In this document: in pieces, positions 50,997 through 62,579 of the stretch
Numbering within the stretch: position 1 is the first letter of the stretch
Layout: each line of letters opens with the position of its first letter
Assembly: GCF_006345805.1 (NCBI RefSeq)
Contig: NC_043016.1
Location: forward strand, 16,244,001 to 16,308,000
DNA from: Octopus sinensis
Taxonomy: Eukaryota
Direction of reading: 5' to 3'
DNA: 64,000 nt
Notes under the pieces: generated by a model
Told to the model about the DNA's origin: nothing
The model's database searches: none
The model's input: only the letters and a program-made list of their open reading frames with translations
Made by a program: the position numbers and the translations under genes

Positions 50997-53900
50997 CATC
51001 ATCATCATCATCATCATTTAACGTCCGTTTTCCATGCTAGCATGGGTTGGACGGTTCAACAGGGTCTAGGAAGCCAGAAGGCTGCACCAGGCCCAGTCTG
51101 ATCTGGCACTGTTTCTACAGCTGGATGCCCTTCCTAACGCCAACCACTCCGAGAGAGTAGTGGGTGCTTTTTACGTGCCACCGGCACAGGTGCCAGACGA
51201 GGCTGGCAAACGGCCACGATCGGATGGTGCTTTTTACGTGCCACCGGCACGGGGATCAGACGAAGCTGGCAACGGCCACGGTCGGATGGTGCTTTTTACG
51301 TGCCACCGGCACAGAGTCCAGTCGGGCGGCGCTGTCAACGGCCACGTTCGGATGGTTCTCTTACGTGCCACTAGCACTGGTATCACAGCGACAAATTCTA
51401 TTGATGTTGATAGATTACGATTTTGATTTTGATTTTCACTTGCCTCAACAGGTCTTCACAAGTGGAGTTTTGTGTCCCAAGAAGGAAGGAATGCATAAGT
51501 GGGCTGGCTACATCCCAGGTGTAGGCCACAGGATTATGGCCTCACTTGTCCTGCCGGGTCTTCTCATGCACAGCATACTTCCATAGGTCTCGGTCTCTAG
51601 TCATTTCCTCGGTGAGACCTAAAGTTTGAAGGTCGTGCTTCACCACCTCGTCCCAGGTTTTCCTGGGTCTACCTCTTCCACAGGTTCCCTCAACCGCTAG
51701 GGTGTGGCACTTTTTCACACAACTATCTTCATCCATTCTCGCCACATGACCATACCAGCGCAAACGTCTCTCTTGCACACCACAACTGATGCTTCTTAGG
51801 TCCAACTTTTCTCTCAAAGTACTTACACTCTGTCGAGTATGAACACTGACATTATACATCCATCGGAGCATACTGGCTTCATTTCTTGCGAGCTTACGCA
51901 TATCCTCAGCAGTCACAGCCCATGTTTCACTGCCATGTAGCATGGCTGTTCGTACACGTGCGTCATACAGTATGCCTTTTACTCTGAGCGAGAGGCCTTT
52001 TGTCACCAGCAGAGGTAAGAGCTCCCTGAACTTTGCCCAGGCTATTCTTACTCTAGCAGTTACACTTTCAGTGCACCCGCCCCCACTACTGACTTGGTCA
52101 CCTAGGTAACGGAAGCTATCAACTATTTCTAGTTTTTCTCCCTGGAATGTGGTGGAAGATGGTCTCTGCGTATTTTCAGTGTTTATTACTCCCGAGCATC
52201 TGCCACATACAAAAACTATTTTCCTAGTTAGCCTTCTTTTGACGTTGCTGCACCTCTTATGTGTCCATAGCTTACACTGGGTACATCTTATAGAGTTTCT
52301 ACCTACGCCTTTTCTACAGATCGAGCAGGGCCATCTACCTGAGGGTGTTTGTGATTTGTCTACCTTCCTACTTATTAGAACTTTGGTTTTAGCTAGGTTG
52401 ACTCTTAGGCCCTTCGATTCTAATCCTTGCTTCCGCACCTGAAACTTCTCCTCCAGTTCTGATAGTGACTCAGCAATTAGAGCAAGGTCATCAGCATAGA
52501 GGAGCTCCCAGGGGCATCCTGTCTTGAATTCCTCCGTTATTGCCTGGAGGACTATGATAAATAGGAGGGGTCTGAGGACTGAGCCTTGGTGGACCCCAAC
52601 CTCTACCCGGAATTCTTCACTGTACTCGTTGCCAACCCTCACCTTACTAACAGCATCCCTGTACATGGCTTGTACAGCTCTCACTAACCATTCATCTATC
52701 CCTAGTTTCCACATTGACCACCAGATAAGGGATCGGGGGACCCTGTCAAAGGCTTTCTCCATGTCGACGAAAGCCAGGTACAGGGGCTTATCTTTGGCTA
52801 GGTATTTCTCCTGCAGCTGTCTCACCAGAAATATGGCATCAGTGGTGCTTTTCCCTGGCATGAACCCAAACTGCATCTCATCCAAGTTGACTCTCTCCCT
52901 AATCAGTTGGGTTATGACCCTCTCCGTAACCTTCATTACCTGATCCAACAGCTTGATACCTCTGTAATTACTTGTATCTAGGGCATCACCTTTACCTTTG
53001 TAGCAGTTGACTATTATGCTGCTACACCAGTCATCAGGAATGACTCCTTCGTGTTTTCACCTGGTTAACTATACGGGTGACTAGGCTATAGCCGACACTG
53101 CCAGATATTTTGAGAATCTCCGCAGTAATTCCTGATGGGCCTGGGGCTTTCCCTGTCTTCATGCTTCTAATTGCCTTAACTACCAAAGAACTGTCAACTC
53201 AGATAGCTGGTCCCTCTGTTGGGTTACATTCGGCAGACTCTCTTTATCCCATTCATTTTCTTTATTGAGCAACCTTTCATAGTGGCATCTCCAAACCTCT
53301 CTCTTTGCATCCTCATTTAGCGCAAGTGAACCATCATCCATGCGAACACATTTCTCTCCTACCACATCACGATTCTCCCTCACACACTGTCTTGGAGCAC
53401 GAAATACCTCAAGTCTTTCATCCTCACGGCGCAGAACATTGGCAAATTTTTTCTTATCTGCTTCCCCTCTGGCTAAATAAACCTGTCTCCTAGCTTCCAT
53501 TCAGGCAGTGTGATACAATTCCCTGCTACCTCCGTTCTTCCAGTCCCTCCAAGCCTGTTTCTTTTGTCTAATAACCCTGTCAACCACATTGTTCCACCAC
53601 CACGTTACCCTGGGTTGAGATGGGACTTTGCTCCATCCACATATCTGGTCAGTGGCTCTCAGCAGATTGTCCCGTAGAAACCCAGTTGTCTTTCACATTA
53701 TGTGAAGCTATATCCCCTTCTATTTCATCGAAGACTTCGAGTAGTACGTCTCTAAATCTGTCCACTTGCAGGATCTTTAAGTTTCCAGACCCTTCTCCGC
53801 CAAGCTGGTCTTCTTCTAGGCAACCATTTAGCTCTGATCCTGAAGTCGCTAACTACTAATCTATGTTGAGGAGTACATTCTTCGCCTGGGAAGGTTTTGG

Positions 53901-54410
53901 CATTTATAAGCAGCCCTCTTTCCCTCTTTCTGGCGAGGATGTAGTCAATCTGGCTGGTGTGTCTAGGTGAGAGGTGGGTTTCCTGCAGTTGGTATTGCAA
54001 ACCATAAGGTCATTTGCATCGCAGAACTCCAGCAGCCTGGTTCCCTCCTCATTACGAGAGCCAAAACCGTAGCCTCCATGAACGCCATGGAAGCCCCCGA
54101 CATGCCGTCCAACATGTCCATTGAAATCCCCTGCCACAAAGAGAAGGTCCCTGTCATTCGTCAACACAGTAGTCTGCAATATAGGGTGTCATAGAATCGG
54201 TCTTTCTGTCCTTCCGGTAGCCCTGATTGAGGGGCATATGCTGAGATGATGGTAGCTGACCTATGGTGAGGCGCTAATCTAATCTTAAGTACTCTGTCAC
54301 TTACTCTGACTACCTTGATTACCTTATCTACCCATTTCTTCGCAAGAAGTATACCCACGCCCCCGATCCCGTCAGTGTTCCCTGCCCAGAAAATCTTGTA
54401 CCTGTGTTCT
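50997..54410 (-). mobile_element. RTE-clade LINE, 5'-truncated within the APE domain and frameshifted
   Basis: APE motifs (GVGILL, IISAYAPQ, AGDFNGHVG, IDYIL, QHRLVV), RT, 3' UTR repeats and a (GAT)n tail. It appears to be the source family of the short catcat...ttaacgtccg copies. Confidence 0.93.
51542..52948 (-). CDS. RTE reverse transcriptase with embedded PHD finger (468 aa open)
   Basis: QFGFMPGKSTTDA, FVDMEKAFDRV, GVHQGSVL, LYADD, C4HC3 finger, FRYLG, HGSETW, RLRWYGHV. Confidence 0.92.
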   Translation of the reverse strand: MDQVMKVTERVITQLIRERVNLDEMQFGFMPGKSTTDAIFLVRQLQEKYLAKDKPLYLAFVDMEKAFDRVPRSLIWWSMWKLGIDEWLVRAVQAMYRDAVSKVRVGNEYSEEFRVEVGVHQGSVLRPLLFIIVLQAITEEFKTGCPWELLYADDLALIAESLSELEEKFQVRKQGLESKGLRVNLAKTKVLISRKVDKSQTPSGRWPCSICRKGVGRNSIRCTQCKLWTHKRCSNVKRRLTRKIVFVCGRCSGVINTENTQRPSSTTFQGEKLEIVDSFRYLGDQVSSGGGCTESVTARVRIAWAKFRELLPLLVTKGLSLRVKGILYDARVRTAMLHGSETWAVTAEDMRKLARNEASMLRWMYNVSVHTRQSVSTLREKLDLRSISCGVQERRLRWYGHVARMDEDSCVKKCHTLAVEGTCGRGRPRKTWDEVVKHDLQTLGLTEEMTRDRDLWKYAVHEKTRQDK

Positions 54411-54634
54411 TTATATATGTATATGATGTTGGTGCTGATGTTTTTGGTGTGTGATTTTGTGTTGAATCTCTGGATCTTATCGTCATATATTATCGCCTTC
54501 AATTTGGGGCGACCTCTGTTTGTGTTTGATTCTTCCTTTTATCCCCCAGTAAAAAGACCTTTTGGAGCAATTTCAGCAGACCTTCATCTCATAACGTGGC
54601 CTTTGCTTTGGTGAGGCCTAAGTCAGAGGAAAAT

Positions 54635-54668
<34 letters not shown>

Positions 54669-55467
54669 TTTTTGTGTTTTCACGAACTGTATGAGGAACG
54701 GGTCTTTCGGTGAAGTTGGTAGTAACGATGGAGAACGTTGTGCTTCTACCACCGCGGGGCAGAAAGCTTGGGGGTAGTTTGAGTTTACACACACAAAACA
54801 TTTGAGTCTGCCGTCTATTAACAATGGCATCTGCTTGTTTTCTCCGAAACTGAAAAAAAGCAGGAGCGCGTGTGGACTCCTCGGAAGCAACTGGTATCTG
54901 GAATTCCATAAGAATCCCAGTGTTGAGTTGGGCTGGTGGTGGTGTTGGTGGTGGTGGTGGATTTCACCTCCACAATTTCCCGGCGCTCCTCGCCGAATCG
55001 ATGAGTTGATACGTTCTTGAATCGAATTCAAATCAACCTTGTATTCATATAAAAGGGAATAAAATAAAAGTCTGGGAAATGCATGTTGTTGTTGTCATTC
55101 TTCGGGCTTCTTATTCGTTACTGCATATGGCTGTCACTGTGTCATACTCTATCCCTTTATATATATGTAGCAGTAGGATCCTCACATCTTCGAGGGATTT
55201 TTCAGTTTCAACCGCTGAAGCAAATTAAAATTTCTTGTTCTTGCGAGAGGCTCACTTAAAGATAATCGTTTTCCGACGAGAATTTGTTTTTAGCCTTCCT
55301 TACTAAAGAACATAACTCGTGGTTTCATAACATCATTTTTAATTTTTGTTTTGGAGGGCCTTTTCTTAAAGAAATTTTAATTCATTAAAATTGTATGCTT
55401 AGAAAATATTCCAGGCGTGCACCCCCTCCCAACTTTGTTTCCAACGTAACTTTCAGGAAAATGGATA

Positions 55468-55804
55468 TTTACCCCGCGCGCGTAAGCGAAAGCAGGGTAT
55501 TGCAGTCGTTCGTCTTTGTTTGTGTGTTTGCAAAATTACTGGAAACTGGCTGAACGGATTTTCAACAAATTTGGCAGAAATCCTCATTGGGTGAGTGTCT
55601 TGAACTCATTAAATTTTGATTTGGTGAATCAAATGTCTTTTCCTTTTTTAGATGTGCATAAACGATAAGCAGGGGAAATAACTCTTGATGTAATTTTGTT
55701 GAAATTTGATTTCGTCTGAGAAAATAGTTATTAAATTAAATTTCATTTTATCCTTGAGTGCGCATCGGGTATGCATCGCCCTTCTGATGCCGTTTTTAAT
55801 CTTT
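55468..55804 (+). mobile_element. Helentron-type HINE/DINE-like element inserted into another repeat
   Basis: TTTACCCCGCGC start, subterminal CGGGTA, 3' hairpin GCATC/GATGC, and a T-rich insertion site. The flanks rejoin to match the repeat at about 31850-32030. Confidence 0.65.
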
Positions 55805-56369
55805 AACGAAATTTTTCAGAAATACATTTCTGATGGTGTAGATTATGATTAACCAGATGGGTAAAATAAAAGAAGAAGAGAGAGAGGAGAAAAAGTTGTG
55901 TTTTAGTTACGAAAGGTAATGATTTTAGTAAAAAAATGAAAGACACACACTTTTTCTCGCCATGAGGACGGACGTATTTGAAGAATTGAAGAACGAAAGT
56001 GTTTACACACAATACAAAATCTTCATTCAAAAAGGTTTGTTCCTTTATTTCTATAAGACTGTTATTAAATAATTAATAACTTTTAAGCAAATCTTTCTTC
56101 AAACATTGAGTATTAAAAAAAAATCTTATATATATATATATATATAACTTATTTCAGCTCCAACTGACAGCCATTGACCTTATGTTCCGCTGAGTGCCGC
56201 ACTGGAACTCAAAACTGGGTCGACGGAACTCTGACCATCATATATCATTATCATTGTATCATGTTACGAAGTTTGCCAAAAAAACAAACAAAAAAAAAGT
56301 TCCAACTTTCGAAGTCTTTGTTGAAACAAGAAATTCAAAATATTTCTGCCTAATTGTCTTCCAAACGGG

Positions 56370-56545
56370 GCTCAAATACACTGAAATCGAAAGAACGTGG
56401 CATCTCAAGGCGGTTTCAATACCAGTGATTGAGGAACACTTGGAATTATCAAAAAAGAAGCTGAAGATTATTCGAGAACGATCCCTGGTTCACCATCTCT
56501 GCAGGAAGTCACATGTATTGAGAAGAGCATTGCCGCTGTGAGAAC
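56370..56545 (+). mobile_element. RLE-type LINE extreme 3' end
   Basis: KYTEIERTWHLKAVSIPVI, then frameshifted LGIIKK...IPGSPSLQE..HVLRRAL. Confidence 0.65.
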
Positions 56546-57059
56546 AGTTACCATCCATGTAGATGATTTTTTTCCCACATAACTTTATTCAACTTTGTAA
56601 ATAAACGATAGAGTTTGTTTATTTTGATAGCCTATGAATGTATACAGTCAGTTTTTCTTGCAGGAAGACACTCGGGAAGAACTGGAAACAGAACTGAAAG
56701 AAGAAAAAAATGATAATGATGGTAATAAGCGGGGAAAACAACAGCAGCAATCAAGTTCGTGAAAAAAACAAACAAACAAAAAAGGAAAAAGAGAAAAGTC
56801 TGTGAGAAGCACAAAAAGGACAAATAGTCTACTTATGCGGGTTTCGATCATGGAATATGAAAGTAGAGCTGGGGGAAAGAAAGTTTCTCCAGGCCGTCCA
56901 CACAACGCCGAGTTCAGATGTGGCTTTTTTGCCTGAAAGCTTTAAACAGAGGCTGCTAGGTGAGAAACTGAACAGAAAGGTGGATGTGGAATAAGATGGT
57001 CAATTCAAAAGGTAGACGAAGTAAAAGCAGAATCTTCATGGAATTGGTCGACAACAGGC

Positions 57060-57060
57060 A

Positions 57061-57098
<38 letters not shown>

Positions 57099-57475
57099 AG
57101 GGAGAGAAACATAGACAGAGATAGAAATAGAGAGATATAGATAGACACAGAGATAGAGAGACAGAGAGAGACATAGAGACAGATCGATAGATAGATAGCT
57201 AGATAGAGAGAGAGTTGGAGATAGAGAATAGAGAGAGGGAGAGGAAGAGAGAGGGAGAGATAGAGAAGGATAGATAAATAGATAATAGTAGGTAAGGAGA
57301 GAGAGAGAGAGAGGAAGAAAGATATATATACATACAAAGATAGTGATAGATACATAGAGATAAACAGAGAGAGATAGAGATAGATAGACAGAGTTAGAAA
57401 GAGAGATAGCTAGAAATAGATAGAAAGAGAAATAGAGTGACAGAGAGAGATAGACAGACAGATATATATATATAG
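57060..57475. repeat. (GA)n/(GATA)n compound microsatellite
   Basis: Direct inspection. It explains the SL-rich ORFs at 56956-57485. Confidence 0.9.
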
Positions 57476-57489
57476 ACAGGTGCAAGAAT

Positions 57490-57760
57490 ATAAAAGACGA
57501 ACGATAAGTGTGCTTATTTTAGCGTCCAGTTCAGCCTCTTGTTTTCCCTCACTCACGAACAGGACTCCAAGATGCTTGAATTTCTCGACATCTCTCAGTC
57601 ATGTTCCATCAACGTGCACAATGCACTGAGTAGTCTTTCTTGGGAAGACCAATGTCTCAATCTTGGCAACGCTAATTCTCATCTCTATCTTGCAGCATTC
57701 GGCTGTGAACCCATTCAATGCATGTTGGAAATATGATATCATAAAACTAACACGACAAAA
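57490..57760 (-). mobile_element. Non-LTR RT fragment
   Basis: MRISVAKIETLVF...VEKFKHLGVLF. Confidence 0.55.
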
Positions 57761-57964
57761 CAAACCAAAAAAATCGACCAATGTTCCATCGACTCGGCTA
57801 ATTTCAATTTGATCAGAAAAGTTACGTTTCTTGCAGATCAATGTTGAGTTGTTCCCCTTGAAAAAAAAAAGGAATAAATTAGTTGTCTCCCCTTTATCAG
57901 AATGCATCATTACAAGCAACAACAAAATGCTGTTGTGTTTTGAGAATGTTCACACGCACACACG

Positions 57965-58001
<37 letters not shown>

Positions 58002-58849
58002 CACACACACACACACACACACACAAACGCACACGCACACAGAGACAGCGTATCTGTTTGTCTGTCTCTCTCTCCTCACATTCGTATGGAGATCCTTCAT
58101 CCTTAAGGCGTCACATGTGACTGTCCAGGGACGTTACGTAACGTCTTTTCGGAACCCTAAAAGAGGACCTTTGATTGCACTTGCACCGCTTATAAAGGCA
58201 ATTTCGGCCGACTCGATGTATTCCCGAACTTGAGTGCTGGTTGTGTCCTCGCCTCTGGTGCATCTTCCGTTGATTCCCGGCTTGAAGTTGTTGTTGTTGC
58301 TTTTTTTGCCTGAAAACAGAGTCTGAGAAACTGAGAAACTGAGAGCAGAAGGGTGGATATGGAATAAGATGGTCAATTTAAAAGATAAACGAAGGAAAAG
58401 CAGAATCTTCGATCCGATGCTGTCGTTGAAGCTGCCATCGGTGCTGTTATCAGAGGGCGGCGTGGGTCCGGCGATATCGTCGTGGTGATCCCCGGCGGTG
58501 GTGGTGCTCGTGTAACTGCTGCTGTTGTTGCCGATGGTGTCATTGATGCTTCTGTTGTTTACTCTGGCCGTGGAACTGGTAGCTCCGCTGGTGTTGCTGG
58601 TGTTGCTGGTGGTCGTCATCTCCGGCCGTAGCGCTGCTGCTGCGGTCATTGTTGTCAGTGCTGGTGTTTCTTCCGCCGCTGTCGTCGATGTTGTTGGATG
58701 AGTCGTTGCTGCTGATACATTGGTTGTTAGGGCCTGGATACAGCCCCAGCCTCATATTCGACTCTCTCAGCCTCGCCTTGACACCCGTCTCCCATTGGGC
58801 AGTCATTGTACTTCCTGCATGAGCAACCGGCCTCTGCTCGCCAAGGACT

Positions 58850-59880
58850 CGTTGTAATGGGACAGGTTGGAGATCCTCTTGCTGGACACTCTTCACTGGG
58901 TTCCTGAACACGACAGGCAAGTGGCAGGAGGCTGTGTTGATGTAGAACAGCCTCTCGTTTGGTTTGCGGCCTGGCGTGACGTCTAGGAAGTTTTCGACGG
59001 TGAGGTTCGTCGTGTAGTGATCCTGATTGTAATATTTACAATGTTCAGCCGCTAAAAACAGAACGGGTTAAAGATGGCGGCGAACAATGGAGACGATGTT
59101 GGTCTGCAACAATTTGGTTAAAGGCCTTTTGGTAATGTGCTGCTAGAATCAAGTTCGGACGGAGAGAAAATATGCGTGACCGTCGCCTTCAGTCGCTGCT
59201 GTCTCAAGTCGCTGGCTGCTGCTGCTAGCGGTCAACGTTCTACGACCCCCTTGCCTTGGCTAACTACCACGTAGGCAAAAGGGTCGTGCTTCCGGTGGTT
59301 CGCGCATGCGCGAGAGGGCCCTTCCTTTCTGTGCCTTGGTGAAGGCACCAACACTCGCACGCGCGAAATAGAAAATGGACGGTGCGCGCGCGCGCACCGT
59401 TATAGGATCACTACAGTCTCAATAGTCATTTTGAGTCCCATGGAGCCTAGGGAACTAGTTGGATCATTTCTAAGTCTATCAAGGGTGTGCCTTGGATCCT
59501 CTAGAGATGGCCAGAGCGTCATCTCTGTAGAAATCAAAGCGGTCTGAAGAGAACCTCTTCCCTAAGGCGTCCAGGATGTAAAGTCCAATGAGGTCACAAA
59601 TGTCGGCGCCGTCGTAAGTCCCATCGCTACATCAAAGGAACCCTCTGGGCCCGATTGTTTGACCCAGATTGAACCTTTATTAAACTGCACCTTCTTCTTG
59701 GCATGCATGATGATGTCTATGTCTCTATCGCTAATATCAATGAAGACCCTAGCAAAGAAAAGTGCCTTGAACAGTAACCCTTTCGGTATAGGTGAGTAAA
59801 AATGTCGAGTTGGCTGAACCTTGCTCTACCGCTCTCCTGGTTGGTATTAAACAATGAAATCACCCCGTTTGTGCTGCACC
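58850..59880 (-). mobile_element. Degenerate Penelope RT split by a CpG-rich insert
   Basis: 59410-59880: YDGADICDLIGLYILD, FYRDDAL, GLKMTIET. 58850-59020: TNLTVENFLDV, RKPNERLFYIN..SCH, KRISNLS. Confidence 0.75.
59040..59405. promoter_or_regulatory. CpG island with housekeeping-promoter motifs
   Basis: YY1-type AAGATGGCGGCG (59071-59082), ETS CTTCCGG (59289-59295), NRF1-type TCGCGCATGCGCGA (59300-59313), and a 22-bp palindrome (59379-59400). Confidence 0.6.
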
Positions 59881-60079
59881 ATATGTCCTTAGTATATATT
59901 TGCTCGCCACACACACACACACACACTTTAGAATTTGCTGGTCAGTGTAAGTCGGACTTCCTTATACGTATACATATAAATATCTTTTGTATTTCATGTA
60001 TTTAGTATACTTTATATATTGATCTAACTTGCTTTCCCTACTGTTACTTATATATTTATATGTATGTGTATGCGCGTAT

Positions 60080-60226
60080 ACATACATACATACATACATA
60101 CATACATACATACATACATACATACATACATACATACGTACGTACATACATACATACATACATACATACATACATACATACATACATCATACATACATAC
60201 ATACATATTTATATACACATATATTT

Positions 60227-60271
<45 letters not shown>

Positions 60272-60300
60272 ACACACCACACACACACACACACACACAA
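60080..60300. repeat. (TACA)n + (CA)n microsatellite
   Basis: Direct inspection. Further (CA)n runs lie at 57950-58040 and 61880-62040. Confidence 0.92.
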
Positions 60301-60439
60301 GATGGACTTCTTTTAGTTCCGTCTAGCAAATCCACTCAAACCTTTAGTCGAACCAGGACTAGCCGAAGGTGCCATTCAGTTGGTCCGAACCCAAGACATC
60401 CTGTATATACATATTTATGTATATATACACACACATACA

Positions 60440-61260
60440 TACGTTAGTAAGCCACTCTTTGAAAAGGCTCTTTGCCATCCATACTTTCTTATTTAAACAC
60501 TAAACAAGAGATAGATTAAACTTTGCGAATCCTTTGAAAGCTTTTCACAGTGAAATGCATAAAGGGACTTTAACTTCATATAACCTGCGGCATTTCTTTC
60601 CAAAAGAAGTGTTAGATGATTTTTGGAAGTTTTAAAACCTGGTTTTGATTTTTCTTCTCAAGAAATAAAAGTTCTAGCAGGCATACGCTTCCAGAAAAGT
60701 ATACCTGCTCAGGTGTGTAACCCACTTTCAAGCAAGCATTTCCTTTAATTACCCAGGATGAATTGTAACAACCTCTATATCAACACTCGCTGATTCACTA
60801 ATCATTTTTATGTTGTGAAAGTTCATGTGTTTTTTAAACTTGCCTTTACAAGTCAAAAAAGGTTTTCCATTAGAAGTTTCACCTTCCAATTTCTGCAAAT
60901 CCTTATTTAAACTTTTGACTCTTTTTTCTGAATTATCATCGTGTTTATTGGCACAATGCACTGATTTTGATCCTCAATTCAAAGTTCGTTCCATTTAAGG
61001 TTTCCGTTTGATCCTTGGGAAAATAAGGTCCGGACAGTCAAGGGAGTAGCTTTTTGAGCACTCGACATAATTTTCTCTCTGTTGTCACATAATGTTCCCA
61101 CTGTAGACATTCAATACTTAATGCTTTGGCAATAAAACTTACTTTTACTTCCACATCAAGTCTTTCTGAAACATCAAATCTTTATGATCCAGTGTAATCC
61201 TTTTACTGTTCCGTTTCACAGGTCAGCCTTCAGTTCTACTTCATAGATTCTTTCGAGTCA
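60440..61260 (-). mobile_element. Tigger/pogo transposase relic
   Basis: FKKHMNFHNIKMISESASVD, LFWKRMPARTFIS*EEKSKPGFK, NAAG..KLK, plus an N-terminal HTH remnant. Confidence 0.85.
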
Positions 61261-62579
61261 TCGTAAATTGAAAGCAAATCCAACAGCCGCGGCGGCAATC
61301 AATTATCCACAACAAATAAAGAAAATTGGCCCAGATTTACTTTGTGAGAGGAGAAAATTGACTTATCGCTATTGATGAGAATGTGATGAGAAGGAGAAGG
61401 ACTGAAGGAGAGGAGGAAGTACTATATGATTACTGTTAACTGAAGGGGCACCAGACTTTGTAGACAGTTCACCCCTTGAATTTCTGACTTACGACATAAA
61501 TATACTCACGCACTCATACGCAAATATTCACAGACACACAGACACACACACACACACTCATGTACACACACGCGCGCGCTCATGCACACATTTATTGGCG
61601 CACATGCTGATATCTGTTGTATCAAGAGCTGGTGGGTTTATAGTGGGTTGCATTGGTTTAGATGTTAGTGACAGTGATCCGGTATTGTAGTAGTTATATT
61701 GTTCTTGCTAACTGTATTGCTGTGGCCGTATAGTCTTAAGTCAATCCTCAAAGACATTTCATTCAACTTTTAAAATGCATTAAGATATCAATTATATATA
61801 TTTTTTTATTTGAAATGGATTGCTTATTTACTTCATACTAATGTTTCTGTAGCTGTTAGTAGTTGTGTAGGGGTTGAAGATAGAAACACACACACGCGCA
61901 CAACACACACACGCGCACACACCACACACACACACACCACACACACACACACACACAACACACACACACAACACACACACACACACACACACACACACCA
62001 CACATACACACCACACACACACACACACAACACACACACAGAATCTTTTCTGTTTGTTGCCAATTTCTTCAATTTTTGTTCCAATTGATTTCAGATTTGA
62101 TATGTTGATGTAGTTTTGTATAATAATCATTGACATGACATTCATTTTCGCAATAAACCAATAAATAAAGAGTTGATAGCTTTCAAGTTTGCAAATTTTG
62201 GGTAATTTTAGTCAATGGAAAGACACAAGCATATAGGTGCCTGTATCTATAGTAACAAGCCAAGCTATTACGGAAATGCTTACACACGTGGTCATTTTTG
62301 CTTACTAAATGCTTAAAACAAAGGTAGTACTGAGATGTGCTAAAATAATAGCTAAATGACGTACGAAAAATTTTTTGCATAATCGTATGAATTTCTGTGT
62401 GTTCAATATAAATTCGTAAAAATTTTCTAAAAATTCCCCAAAATAAAAAAAAGGTATAAAGTAAAATTCTGCCAATATTTCATTTGTTTACAGTTAATTT
62501 TCTGTCATGCAGAAAATTACAGCTTCCTCATCCTGTTTTCTGACTGGGTAAAAATGATCAAACTTTAAATTTCTAACTT

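Noticed and set aside
51163-51377. CRISPR-like repeat/spacer appearance (also 34520-34800)
   Set aside because: The spacers are homologous to each other, the array lies in a LINE 3' UTR, and there are no cas genes in this eukaryotic DNA.
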